DNA of 64,000 nt from Candidatus Thorarchaeota archaeon (GTDB lineage Archaea > Asgardarchaeota > Thorarchaeia > Thorarchaeales > Thorarchaeaceae): contig JAWOEX010000035.1 in NCBI GenBank assembly GCA_046482545.1, positions 173,629-237,628 on the forward strand, read 5' to 3'. The position numbers and the translations under genes were made by a program. Under the pieces are notes generated by a model. That model was not told the DNA's origin and made no database searches. It saw only the letters and a program-made list of their open reading frames with translations. Shown in pieces: positions 50,563 through 60,139 of the stretch (positions are counted from its first letter, which is position 1; each line of letters starts with the position of its first letter).

Positions 50563-51240
50563 CTAGATCCCGAATTCACCTGTCAGGGGCACAAAAGCAA
50601 CTCCGCCCCATTCTTCTTTCGTTATCTTTCCATTTTGCTCCTTCTTGACTCGAATCAATTCTTGGAAGAAACCCCTTCCCCCAACCGGTATAAGCATTAA
50701 GCCTCCTTTGTCTAATTGCTCGATTAAAGGGTCAGGTATGCTGGGTGCTGCAGCTGTAACCAGTATTCTATCAAATGGTGCTTCCTCAGGGATTCCTTTT
50801 GCGCCATCTCCATGAATCAATGTTATTCGATCCATGTAGCCAGCTCGTTTGAGATTGCTTCTTGCAAATTCTATCAATCGCTCTACGATTTCAATAGTAT
50901 AGACCTGACCCGGGTTTGTTGCATCTTTTGGCGCGACCAGTTCGGCACATAATGCCGCATGATAGCCTGAACCTGCACCAACCTCCAAGACTTTCAAACC
51001 CTCTCGGAGGTTCAATTTTTCGCACATAATCACGCACATATGAGGTGCGGATATGGTCTGGCCATGAGATATTGGCTGAGGCGTATCTCGATATGCCGCA
51101 CTTTCATGACCGGGTGGTAGAAATTGACTCCTTGGCACTTCTCTGAATGCTCTTTCCACGGCTTCTGTTTCTAAGTATCCTCCCTGTTTCAACCGTTTGA
51201 TTAGGCGCTCTTTCTGTTTCTGCAGATTATCTTCAGGCAT
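50563..51240 (-). CDS. pcm: Protein-L-isoaspartate O-methyltransferase
   Basis: GQTISAPHM, LEVGAGSGY, APFDRILVTAA, FVPL. Confidence 0.95.
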   Translation of the reverse strand: MPEDNLQKQKERLIKRLKQGGYLETEAVERAFREVPRSQFLPPGHESAAYRDTPQPISHGQTISAPHMCVIMCEKLNLREGLKVLEVGAGSGYHAALCAELVAPKDATNPGQVYTIEIVERLIEFARSNLKRAGYMDRITLIHGDGAKGIPEEAPFDRILVTAAAPSIPDPLIEQLDKGGLMLIPVGGRGFFQELIRVKKEQNGKITKEEWGGVAFVPLTGEFGI

Positions 51241-51295
51241 TCCAATCAGGATGTATTAGCTTTATTCATAAAAAGGGTTATCGAAATATGGATAC

Positions 51296-51715
51296 ATGCC
51301 TAAGGTGTCGTTCATTGCTCATGGCCACAGAAATATCGTGGGTAAGCACAAAACAACTCTTGAGTTAACAACTGAAGAAAAATTGACCCCGAGAGGTACC
51401 TGTATTGTTGGTGTGAGGGGAGAACTGGCACTTACAGATTTGAGTTCAGAAATCATATCACTGGTAAAATCAGAGGATACAGTGATTGAGCTCAAGATGA
51501 CTGTACAAGGGTATACTGAAACTGTAACAGGCCATGGCGCCAAGGGTCTAACTTATTCTGATGATACAAGTATGGTTGCCAGAACAAGCACCTATCAATG
51601 TGGCAGGACCTTGATGATCCGGGCAGACAAGGCGGCTTCAGACTTGAATCGTCCATTCATAGACGCACTACAGAAACCGAGTTCCATACTAGAATGTATT
51701 CTGACATTCAAATAA
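51296..51715 (+). CDS. DUF371 family protein
   Basis: GH.NI...HKTTLE, LTPRGTCI, ADKAASDL. Confidence 0.85.
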   Translation: MPKVSFIAHGHRNIVGKHKTTLELTTEEKLTPRGTCIVGVRGELALTDLSSEIISLVKSEDTVIELKMTVQGYTETVTGHGAKGLTYSDDTSMVARTSTYQCGRTLMIRADKAASDLNRPFIDALQKPSSILECILTFK

Positions 51716-52769
51716 CTAGAACATCAACAGCCATTTGATACTCGTAGGGCGCACTGTCTCTTACCCGCCGGATATGGAGAATTTCTTCAGCTTGATGGCC
51801 AGATTCTTCAATCAGATAGAGAATCCTGTCACCAGCTTTTTCTTCTGGTTCTGGCTCAGATATGAAATCATAGTAATGCAGAATGCCACCTGATTTCAAT
51901 GCTTTACAAGCGGTACCGACATAGTCTGACGCAGCAGAAGGATGATTCATGATAACTCTGTCAACGTCTTTGTAATAATGTGACTGAACATATTCATCTG
52001 CATCTGCTACAATGCATTTTATCGTCCCACTGAGTCTGTTGAGGGTGATACTCTTCTCAAGAAGCTTGACTGCATTGCGATTAATATCAATCGCTACGAC
52101 CCTAGCCTCAGTCTTCTTTGCTATATGAAGGGCGAAAGGGCCGACGCCTGTGAACATATCTACGACTAATTCATTATCCTGCACTTGCTCTGCGACTCTT
52201 CGGTGCTCTTCAAGGAGTCGAGGGCTGAAGTATGCCTTGGATAAATCTACAGCAATGTCTAGTCCATATTCAGTATGGATTGTAGATGTTTTCTTCTCAC
52301 CAGCAAGAAACTTGTACGAGCGAGTTCGTTTAATACCAGAGATGGCTCCCCGTTTTGCCAGTACAGTCGAAAAGTGAGGATGGATTGAAAGAAAAGATTG
52401 CCCAATTAGTTGATCGTACTGCTCTAAGCCTTCAGGCAATTCGAGTACCGCGATATTCCCGATTAGGTCATACGCTCGAGGAAGCAATTCGATCTCTTCC
52501 GGATCCAGTTTATCCTCCAAAGCTTCTTCAAGACTTCTAGGACCTTCTACAACAGATTCGAATTCTCTTATGCCCAGCTCGTAGTCCATTGAATCAAGGA
52601 TTTCCTCAACTTCCTCTTTTGACACATCAGTCTCAAGTGGAAGATAGAGATCATCTTTTACGCGAATTATTCGGAAATCGCTGTCTAATAATCCTGCGTC
52701 TGCTAGGGTGCTGCGTATCTTCTCCCCGGATTTTACGGGGCCTTTAACAAACGGTTTTCGCTCCACCAT
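51708..52769 (-). CDS. trm5: tRNA (guanine37-N1)-methyltransferase, Trm5/Taw22 family
   Basis: YDLIGNIA, YFSPRL..EH, DMFTGVGPF, RVIMNHP. Confidence 0.85.
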   Translation of the reverse strand: MVERKPFVKGPVKSGEKIRSTLADAGLLDSDFRIIRVKDDLYLPLETDVSKEEVEEILDSMDYELGIREFESVVEGPRSLEEALEDKLDPEEIELLPRAYDLIGNIAVLELPEGLEQYDQLIGQSFLSIHPHFSTVLAKRGAISGIKRTRSYKFLAGEKKTSTIHTEYGLDIAVDLSKAYFSPRLLEEHRRVAEQVQDNELVVDMFTGVGPFALHIAKKTEARVVAIDINRNAVKLLEKSITLNRLSGTIKCIVADADEYVQSHYYKDVDRVIMNHPSAASDYVGTACKALKSGGILHYYDFISEPEPEEKAGDRILYLIEESGHQAEEILHIRRVRDSAPYEYQMAVDVLVI

Positions 52770-52999
52770 TCCAAGTTAACGGCTTTGATTCACGCTAAGA
52801 TACTTTCGGTCAAACGAAAAATAGAATCGGGGCAACGAGCCTCGAAGTTCTGAGGGTGGCTCTACAGCTTCTTCTTACAGAAGAACCAGTCTTTGCAATC
52901 AAATCCTTCAGCCATGCGCTTCTCTGCTTGTTCCTTTGTTTTCGGTGGAGGCACAATGACTTCTTCACTAGGTATCCAATTTGCTGGAGTAGCAACACC

Positions 53000-53656
53000 A
53001 TGCTCATCGCTAATCTGGAAGGCATCAACAACCCACGGATTCCCAAAATATTCGTTGAGGGCACAAATGAAGATAAGGAGGCCTTCATTGGAGCTTTAAT
53101 ACCCCAAGATGGAACGATAAGTGGGAATAAGATTTCGTGGACACACTCCAACGTTCTTCACGCTGGTGACAAGACTAAGGCCTATGGTTTCGAGCCGAAA
53201 GTCGGAAAACGGGAGATTGAATTGATTAAAGAACATGGAAAGGAAGAAGAACATGCGTGGGCTCTTAGACTTGGAAAACTAGACGAACTAGAAGAGTCTG
53301 ATTCAAAGGAGATAGCCAAAACCACAACAAGTCTTAGGAGAATAGTAGACGAGAATCCTAATCATTTCATAGTAGACGAAGTTTCGATGGTAGAATCACT
53401 AGGAATCTCGGTTAGAGTTAAAGCGTATACAATTAGATATCACAAAAGGTCTGGACGTGTATCTGTTGAATGGAGAGCAGAACCCAAGACTCTGTATGAG
53501 AGTATCAAACTGGGGATTATTGCTCCCCCAAATGATGTGAAGAAGAGAGAGAAGATGGCAGAAATCATCAGAAGCAAGTTGGCATTGCGTGATAAGGCAA
53601 TAATTGAGCTCGAAAACAATGGTATGGATGTGAATGAATGGTGGAAGAAAAACTGA
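53000..53656 (+). CDS. Hypothetical protein
   Basis: Long ORF with protein-like composition; likely start MLIANLEG; no motif recognised. Confidence 0.5.
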   Translation: MLIANLEGINNPRIPKIFVEGTNEDKEAFIGALIPQDGTISGNKISWTHSNVLHAGDKTKAYGFEPKVGKREIELIKEHGKEEEHAWALRLGKLDELEESDSKEIAKTTTSLRRIVDENPNHFIVDEVSMVESLGISVRVKAYTIRYHKRSGRVSVEWRAEPKTLYESIKLGIIAPPNDVKKREKMAEIIRSKLALRDKAIIELENNGMDVNEWWKKN

Positions 53657-54282
53657 AAGAGAGGTTGGATGAAGCTGTAAAGACCCTCATTAAACTGCTT
53701 GAGGGAACTGAACCACCCGGTCACCCTCTTGATATTGTTAAGACTGAGCTTGAGAAGCAGTTGGTAAGTGACTTTGAGAATTCCTCATCGATTGCGGAGA
53801 AGGCAATTGAGTACGCTTTGAATCAATGGCTTGTCGAAAAGATTCCGGCCCATCCTAGTGCTGAGACCGGATTGCCCGTGGAGAAACATACATGGTTTCT
53901 CCACCCATTAGACGAGGCTGAATCAAAATCCCTTGCAGGCCTGTCTAAGAAAGAAAAGGCTTTCCTAAGGTTACTATACTCATCTGAATCAGAAGAAGGA
54001 ATTGGAATAGTTAGAGAAGATGATGCTATACAGGCACTCCGTGAGCAAGGCTATGAGATAGACAATCTTCCATGGGTGAAGGAAAAAAAAATGGATGTGT
54101 TCTATACCCGAGAGAATAGTAACATGGTTAGGTGGTACTATATCAAACCATGGGTGGAACGGACTCAAGAATACCAGAAAGGTGTCGAGGAAAGCAGCGA
54201 AATGGCTTGGAAAAAGGAACTGCTGATCATGAAGGAGGACAACAAGAACCATTTCAAAAAAGATGGCGCGCAAAAGGACTAA
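53638..54282 (+). CDS. Hypothetical protein
   Basis: 214-aa acidic ORF overlapping the upstream gene. Confidence 0.55.
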   Translation: MVEEKLKERLDEAVKTLIKLLEGTEPPGHPLDIVKTELEKQLVSDFENSSSIAEKAIEYALNQWLVEKIPAHPSAETGLPVEKHTWFLHPLDEAESKSLAGLSKKEKAFLRLLYSSESEEGIGIVREDDAIQALREQGYEIDNLPWVKEKKMDVFYTRENSNMVRWYYIKPWVERTQEYQKGVEESSEMAWKKELLIMKEDNKNHFKKDGAQKD

Positions 54283-54328
54283 GAGATAACCATATAGAAA
54301 AAGCGTTATGAGGGTTTTATTAAGAAAA

Positions 54329-54435
54329 TGGTGGGCCCAAGGGGATTTTTCCCGGGCATAGGAGGCCTATGACCGCTTGGACCCCTGACCGGCAGGTTAT
54401 GAGCCTGACGCTCTACCAAGCTGAGCTATGGGCCC
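54329..54435 (-). tRNA. tRNA(CAT), probably Ile2 (agmatidine), with ~30-nt T-loop intron
   Basis: GGGCCCA/TGGGCCC-A-CCA acceptor; loop CTCATAA; hairpin insert inside the T-loop (~54347-54376). Confidence 0.8.
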
Positions 54436-54654
54436 TTGATTGCGTTTTCAAACACGATTTGGTCTAAGCATTGAGATAAAGGTTGCGAAAGGGGGAATTG
54501 GATTTGGGCAATCTGAAGATTGGCAAGGATTAACGAATCAATGTCTGGTTCACAGGTGATTCACACAACTGGGGGAAATATCTGAAGCGGATGATTGGTT
54601 TGAGTTTAAATCCTACGAGTAGAACTACGGGAAAACTCTGCGAGAGCCTAGCGA

Positions 54655-55002
54655 ATGATTCTCATGTTTACCTCCGATCATTGTGTTTGGTGTGAAGCTG
54701 TACGGAAAATGCTGAAACGAGAGGATGCATTCATACCAGATGTCTCTATTTATGAGGTAAATATTGACAGATATCACCGATTGGCACGAGCATTCAGCAT
54801 TCTGGTGGTCCCGACGCTAGTCGCCGGGGAGCGAACTCTTGCTGGTCTTCCTACCCTATCTGATTTACAGAACTTCGTTCTGCAAGCGTCTTCGGAAGAG
54901 AGCACTACTCTTGGTTTGCAACCCCTGAATGAATTTACCCACGAGAGCCAAAAGGAAACATCTGAAAATGAAAAGATGCCCGAAAATCGTCTACTTGCTT
55001 GA
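54655..55002 (+). CDS. Thioredoxin-family protein
   Basis: CVWC and VPT cis-Pro motif. Confidence 0.75.
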   Translation: MILMFTSDHCVWCEAVRKMLKREDAFIPDVSIYEVNIDRYHRLARAFSILVVPTLVAGERTLAGLPTLSDLQNFVLQASSEESTTLGLQPLNEFTHESQKETSENEKMPENRLLA

Positions 55003-55150
55003 GACAGTATTTCTGTTCCGAAGAGTATCAACTTAAACAAGCCTAGAGTGGAAAGTGGTTCTACTGGTCAAAGAAAAGCTTCCCGGTTATCGGTAGTCAT
55101 AGCATACGACACAATCTTAATAACCGTGCTAGTTTGTCACACCTCGACAA

Positions 55151-55228
55151 GCCCCGGTAGTGTAGCCCGGCCCAGCATCTAGGGTTTTCGACCCTATGAC
55201 CCGGGTTCAAATCCCGGCCGGGGCACCA
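55151..55228 (+). tRNA. tRNA-Glu(TTC), intronless
   Basis: GCCCCGG...TAGGG-TTTTCGA-CCCTA...TTCAAAT...CCGGGGC-A-CCA. Confidence 0.95.
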
Positions 55229-55234
55229 ATACTT

Positions 55235-56125
55235 CTATGACATCTTCAATCCCATACTGAAGTCCGCGCTCTTGTACGAATGTGTCAATGCGCCGGAAGA
55301 GAGTACGTCTACATCGCATTCGGCGTATTCACTAGCACTATGCTCCGTGATACCACCAGAAACCTCCAGAATCACCTGATTCCTGAGGCCTGCCTCCTCT
55401 AAAGATTGACATATTTCCATGACAGAAGAAGGCGTTTGATTATCAATCAAGATGATGTCAGCTCCAGCCTTAGCCGCTTCTAATGCTGCTTTCAGACTTC
55501 GGACTTCACATGATATTTTCTTTGAGAAGGAAACTGCTTTCTTTGATGTAGTGATAGCTTGCTCAATACTATCAACGGAAACCAGATGATTATTCTTTAT
55601 CAACACCATATCATCAAGGGCGTATCGGTGCGAGTCACCCCCTCCGACTTGTACTGCCCGTTTCTCGAAATAACGGAATCCGGGTGTCGTTTTGCGGGTG
55701 GCGGCTAGGATCACATCTTGATTTACTTTTCGTATTCTATCAACGATTTTCCGTGTCTTTGTTGCTATTCCACTCATTCTCATTATGATATTCAAAGCCA
55801 GTCTCTCAATAGTAAGAAGGGTTTCCGCTTTTCCATTTAAGGCGATTACAGACTCTCCAAATTCAACCCATACCCCCTCTTGGACCATGGATTCGTATTT
55901 CAAATCGGAAAGGCGAGCAAGATCTCTGATTTCCTTCAGGCCGGCGACAACAGCTTTACCTTTTGCCCTTATCTTCCCAATTCCTTCCTCTGAGGACGAG
56001 ATTAGAGATTGAGTGGTAATATCTCCTGACCTAATATCTTCATCAAGAAACGTCCTCAGGCTTTCAATTACATGGGGAGGTGATTCATACATCTTCTTCA
56101 CAATTCCATTACTTTGGTGAATCAT
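55235..56125 (-). CDS. nadC: Nicotinate-nucleotide pyrophosphorylase
   Basis: GDITT, ATRKTTPG, HR..L.D.VLIK, EVSGGIT. Confidence 0.95.
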   Translation of the reverse strand: MIHQSNGIVKKMYESPPHVIESLRTFLDEDIRSGDITTQSLISSSEEGIGKIRAKGKAVVAGLKEIRDLARLSDLKYESMVQEGVWVEFGESVIALNGKAETLLTIERLALNIIMRMSGIATKTRKIVDRIRKVNQDVILAATRKTTPGFRYFEKRAVQVGGGDSHRYALDDMVLIKNNHLVSVDSIEQAITTSKKAVSFSKKISCEVRSLKAALEAAKAGADIILIDNQTPSSVMEICQSLEEAGLRNQVILEVSGGITEHSASEYAECDVDVLSSGALTHSYKSADFSMGLKMS

Positions 56126-56735
56126 TTCTCCGAACTACTTCCCCTCGCGGAGATGTTTCGGCGAAAATCTCAGCCTGGAATTTCATAAACTTGGTATCGG
56201 TATCTCTCCAAGCTTCCATGGGGAGCATTGCTTTTCTGCAAGTATGTCTAAGGAACTCTTCCACATCCCATTTCCATTTTACTGGAACTTGGGGTAATAG
56301 AAGACCCCTTCGTCCACCTTTGGCTACTATCAAACCGTCACGGCCAATCTCCACTGATTTGATTAACTCTTCAGGTTTTGAACATTCAATTTCCTTGGGC
56401 GGTGTTAACAAGCTAACCTCAATCACGATAGAATCGAGCTCCTCCTCATTGACTGGTGAGAATCGGGGATCATTGGCTGCGGCGTCAAATGCAGAATCTA
56501 TTGTGGCCTGCACCAAAGGGTCTGTGGGATACGGCCTACCAATGCAACCGCGAAGCTGGTTTTCACTTGAGGAAGTAGAATTGAGTGTGACAAACACGCC
56601 AGATTTTTTTGTTAGATGACTCGGTGTATCATCTGGTACAGGGGGTTTTGTCCCTTTTTGAGCAAACTGATCCACAGTTCTTCTAGCCAAATTGACTAAG
56701 AACTCACCTTCGTCGTCAGAGTAAACTCGATTCAC
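56109..56735 (-). CDS. AMMECR1 domain protein (TIGR00296)
   Basis: GVFVTL, LRGCIG, DPRF, GLLLPQV. Confidence 0.92.
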   Translation of the reverse strand: MNRVYSDDEGEFLVNLARRTVDQFAQKGTKPPVPDDTPSHLTKKSGVFVTLNSTSSSENQLRGCIGRPYPTDPLVQATIDSAFDAAANDPRFSPVNEEELDSIVIEVSLLTPPKEIECSKPEELIKSVEIGRDGLIVAKGGRRGLLLPQVPVKWKWDVEEFLRHTCRKAMLPMEAWRDTDTKFMKFQAEIFAETSPRGEVVRRNDSPK

Positions 56736-56779
56736 TTCGAACCTCTCACTTCAATCGATATACGTCCTCAGTTATTTGT

Positions 56780-58099
56780 TTAATGTTCCACTACTCTACG
56801 TACCGGTACAACACCGGCTGTTCCCGGTCCCACTTCAAAATTTCCATATCGATATACCAGGATTCCACCAACAAAGGTCATTACGGGCCGTGCTAGCACT
56901 TCTTGTCCTTCGAACGGTGTGATATTAGCTTTGGAATGAAATGTATCCCCTCTAATCTCATACTGATCTTCCTGCACTACTACTATATCTGCATCATAGT
57001 CCTTGCAGAGGATACCCTTCCTAGGTATATTCAGTATTCTCGCAGGCCCTGAACAGCAACATCTTAGATATTCTACCCAGTGCATTTCTCCCCTGAAAAC
57101 CCGTGTTAGCATGAGTGGTACCGTCGTTTCCAAACCCGGGAAGCCAGAAGGTGCGTCTAGGAATGAAGCACATTTTTCGTTCTCGGTATGTGGTGCATGG
57201 TCAGAAGCTACACAATCAATTACACAACGCGATAGAGATTGATTCAAAACATTCTTGTCATAAGGTGATCTAAGCGGAGGCATAACCTTCGCTCTTCCAT
57301 CTTCGTTTGTAAATTGATCTCCTGTTAGAAACAAGTGATGCGGTGTGACTTCGGCTGTCAGTATATTCTCTGCGCGGTGTTTCTTGATTAAATTCGCGGC
57401 AGATGCACAACTGACATGACATACATGCATCCTACTTTCTGTTTCTTGAAGAGCTTGAATGAACGCAACTATAGCCCTTTTCTCTGCTTCACAACTGTGT
57501 ATCTTGAAAAAATCTTGAACTGTTTTGGCCTTTGCACTTGGATTTGATAAATCGGGATGAAAGAGAAGTGGAAGATGGTTCCTTTTCGCAAGATTCAGAC
57601 ATGCTCCAATTCTTTCTTTGGTGTATCTGACGTCTTCATGAAGTGGGCTGTGCGGATATACCTTTAATCCCATAATCTTATTGAAGAATCTTTCATCCAG
57701 TGCATCAGGACTCTGTGGAATACCTCCATAGAATCCAATATTGACAAATCTATTTCTTTTCGCTTGTTCTATTTTACGCTCTAGAACTTGAAGTGATAAA
57801 ACTGGAGGCTGAGTGTTTGGCATATCCACTACTGTAGTTACACCTCCAGCAGCAGCGGCCATGGTTCCCGAGCGATAAACCTCCTTTTTTGACTGCTTTA
57901 AATCTCTGAGATGGGTGTGAATATCAACCATGCCTGGCAGAATATACAATCCTGTACAATCGATATCGATCTCTGCAGTAGGTTCTTGCCCGATTCTGTA
58001 AATCCCTTCTATCTTTCCCTTATCTACAACCACAGATCTTCTGCATAGTTCTCCGTTTTGGCAGATTTTACCTCCGCGAAGAATCAACTCTGCAGCCAT
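56780..58099 (-). CDS. pyrC: Dihydroorotase-family amidohydrolase
   Basis: DIHTHLR, GGVTTVVDMPNT, EVTPHHL, SDHAPH. Confidence 0.8.
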   Translation of the reverse strand: MAAELILRGGKICQNGELCRRSVVVDKGKIEGIYRIGQEPTAEIDIDCTGLYILPGMVDIHTHLRDLKQSKKEVYRSGTMAAAAGGVTTVVDMPNTQPPVLSLQVLERKIEQAKRNRFVNIGFYGGIPQSPDALDERFFNKIMGLKVYPHSPLHEDVRYTKERIGACLNLAKRNHLPLLFHPDLSNPSAKAKTVQDFFKIHSCEAEKRAIVAFIQALQETESRMHVCHVSCASAANLIKKHRAENILTAEVTPHHLFLTGDQFTNEDGRAKVMPPLRSPYDKNVLNQSLSRCVIDCVASDHAPHTENEKCASFLDAPSGFPGLETTVPLMLTRVFRGEMHWVEYLRCCCSGPARILNIPRKGILCKDYDADIVVVQEDQYEIRGDTFHSKANITPFEGQEVLARPVMTFVGGILVYRYGNFEVGPGTAGVVPVRRVVEH

Positions 58100-58229
58100 A
58101 TATCTAGCACTCCACAGTCCCTGAATACAGCCCTGCTATTTGACGTCTTCGTTCATAACCCCTTTCTTACAGTTGGGTTCACTCACTCAACTATAAGAAA
58201 CGGGTTATCGAGAGTGTTACGAGATTGAT

Positions 58230-58448
58230 GTGGTGGCTGCTTTAGGATATATAGAGAATGAGGATGACGTATTGAACGAGCAGATTTCTGAAGTGGTACG
58301 AGAACATCGAAGGCTACATGGTTTCCCTCAGAATCCCACTGGGAGGATAATTGAGATTATAGAAGTGCAATGGCAACTATTCTGTGAAAAAGAAGCCCTC
58401 GACTTGCCTCATGAACACCAGTTTGCTTCCACGTCGGATTTAGCATGA
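58230..58448 (+). CDS. Small hypothetical protein
   Basis: 72-aa ORF filling an intergenic gap; no motif. Confidence 0.3.
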   Translation: MVAALGYIENEDDVLNEQISEVVREHRRLHGFPQNPTGRIIEIIEVQWQLFCEKEALDLPHEHQFASTSDLA

Positions 58449-58503
58449 AATCTTACACCTTCTTATCCACATTTTCTAGGATTTTTGCAAGACTTGGTCT
58501 CTC

Positions 58504-58670
58504 TGGAAGTTATTTGCCACGAAACATATGAAGTCGGTCGGGCTGATTATGCCTACAAGCCTCTCATTTTCGTTTTCTTTCAACTGCTAGACTCAGGCAC
58601 TTGGAAATTATTGGCTACGAAACGCGTGAAGTCAGTTGCGCTTATTATGCCTACAAGCTTTTCGTTTTTA
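58504..58670. repeat. Diverged tandem duplication (~69 bp, offset 98) of the CBS gene 3' end
   Basis: TGGAAGTTATTTGCCACGAAAC...ATTATGCCTACAAGC (58504) versus TGGAAATTATTGGCTACGAAAC...ATTATGCCTACAAGC (58602). Confidence 0.8.
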
Positions 58671-59398
58671 TCTACCACGGGCAGCGTATTCAGCTTGGCA
58701 TCAAGCATCTTGGTGGACGCCTCGGCAATAGAGGTTTCAGTATTGACAAGTGGAGGCTGCTGCAGCATAGCATCAACTACTCGTATTTGTCTGACTTGAT
58801 TAGATCTGTACTTGCCAGGTACTTTGGCAGTGAATCTTGCCATCGCCTCTGCAACAAGTTTCTCAGTAAGTAAACCTACAACTGTTCCACCATCAGTAAC
58901 AGGAAGGCCAGAGAAGCCTGCTGTTAGCATGTCCAACCTTGCCTTTACGAGACGGTCAACTGGGCTGGCTACCAATAGGTCTTCCCCTGTCATCAACTCT
59001 CCTACCTTCACATTCTCAAATTTTTGGACGAGTTGAGATAGTTCAATCTTGGTAATCACACCGACTATATTGTCATCCTCATCAATTACCGGACATCCGC
59101 TCATCCCCCTCTCTAGCATTAGGCTTGCAACATCTGTTATATCATCTTTTGGCGAGACAGTAATTACTGAGATACTCATTGCGCTTGACACATGAAGTCT
59201 ACCGATAGAAACAGCTACAACCTTGCTAACGTCTAGTCTGTCTGCAATATCGGCATATGTTAGTATACCTGTCAGCTCCTTGTCTTGCGTAACAATTAGC
59301 CTATCTACACCCTTCTTCTCGAGTAAGTCAAGCGCATGAGATAATCTCTGATCTTTATCAATTGTTTCCGGTTCTACCATAATTTGGCTTACTTCCAA
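58580..59398 (-). CDS. CBS domain protein (4 CBS)
   Basis: Repeated CBS motifs. Confidence 0.88.
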   Translation of the reverse strand: MEVSQIMVEPETIDKDQRLSHALDLLEKKGVDRLIVTQDKELTGILTYADIADRLDVSKVVAVSIGRLHVSSAMSISVITVSPKDDITDVASLMLERGMSGCPVIDEDDNIVGVITKIELSQLVQKFENVKVGELMTGEDLLVASPVDRLVKARLDMLTAGFSGLPVTDGGTVVGLLTEKLVAEAMARFTAKVPGKYRSNQVRQIRVVDAMLQQPPLVNTETSIAEASTKMLDAKLNTLPVVDKNEKLVGIISATDFTRFVANNFQVPESSS

Positions 59399-59461
59399 AA
59401 CATAGACCTCCTAATGTATTTAATCTGTGACCGGGGTGAACCGGTCTTCTGATTATGCTAA

Positions 59462-60025
59462 TTACCTCCTACAGTTTTCGCAGATATACTGTCCATCTAC
59501 AAGGGCCAATTCTGTCGAGTACTCGCCACATGCATCACAGGTTCCGCCATACGCGATAAGGTGGTCCTCCTCTTGTTCACCAGAAATGTGCTCCCCCTCT
59601 TTGATTTTCAGTGATTCTATCAAGATATCGATGAGTTCCGGTGACCATCGCAGAATATCTCTTGATGTAACAATACCCACTAAGGAATGGTTCTTCAGCA
59701 CTGCTAATCGACGGATTCTGCTTTCTGCCATAATCCTCATCGCCTTGGTGAGCGCGGTTTGTGGTTCTACATGTATTATTGGTGAAGACATTATTTCTCT
59801 GGCTCGCGTCGCATGGACATCACGTTCTTTCGCCACGACTCTTCTTACAATATCCGCTTCAGTAATCAATCCTATTGCGCGTTCTTTATCCACAATAATA
59901 ATGGAGCCTATATCCATTCGACTCATAGATTTGGCTACTTCTAGGACAGTAGCATCTGGAGAAATACTAACGACGTCCATAGTCATAATATCCCGAATAG
60001 CCATCGATTGCGACGGATCAGCCAT
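59462..60025 (-). CDS. CBS pair + C-terminal Zn ribbon protein
   Basis: CBS pair; GTCDACG...ICENC. Confidence 0.88.
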   Translation of the reverse strand: MADPSQSMAIRDIMTMDVVSISPDATVLEVAKSMSRMDIGSIIIVDKERAIGLITEADIVRRVVAKERDVHATRAREIMSSPIIHVEPQTALTKAMRIMAESRIRRLAVLKNHSLVGIVTSRDILRWSPELIDILIESLKIKEGEHISGEQEEDHLIAYGGTCDACGEYSTELALVDGQYICENCRR

Positions 60026-60139
60026 CTCAATTCCTCAATTAATTCGGCACTTGGGTACCGTTCGAGCTCAAGGTTTTGTTTTCGCTTTAAATGTGTTTAT
60101 TATCGTGAAATAGAACGAAGGTCATACCTTCTGAACAGC

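Noticed and set aside
54655-55002. Selenoprotein (UGA readthrough)
   Set aside because: The active site is CVWC; no convincing in-frame TGA or SECIS was found here or elsewhere by eye
58504-58670. DGR template/variable repeat pair
   Set aside because: Differences are not adenine-specific and no reverse transcriptase is present
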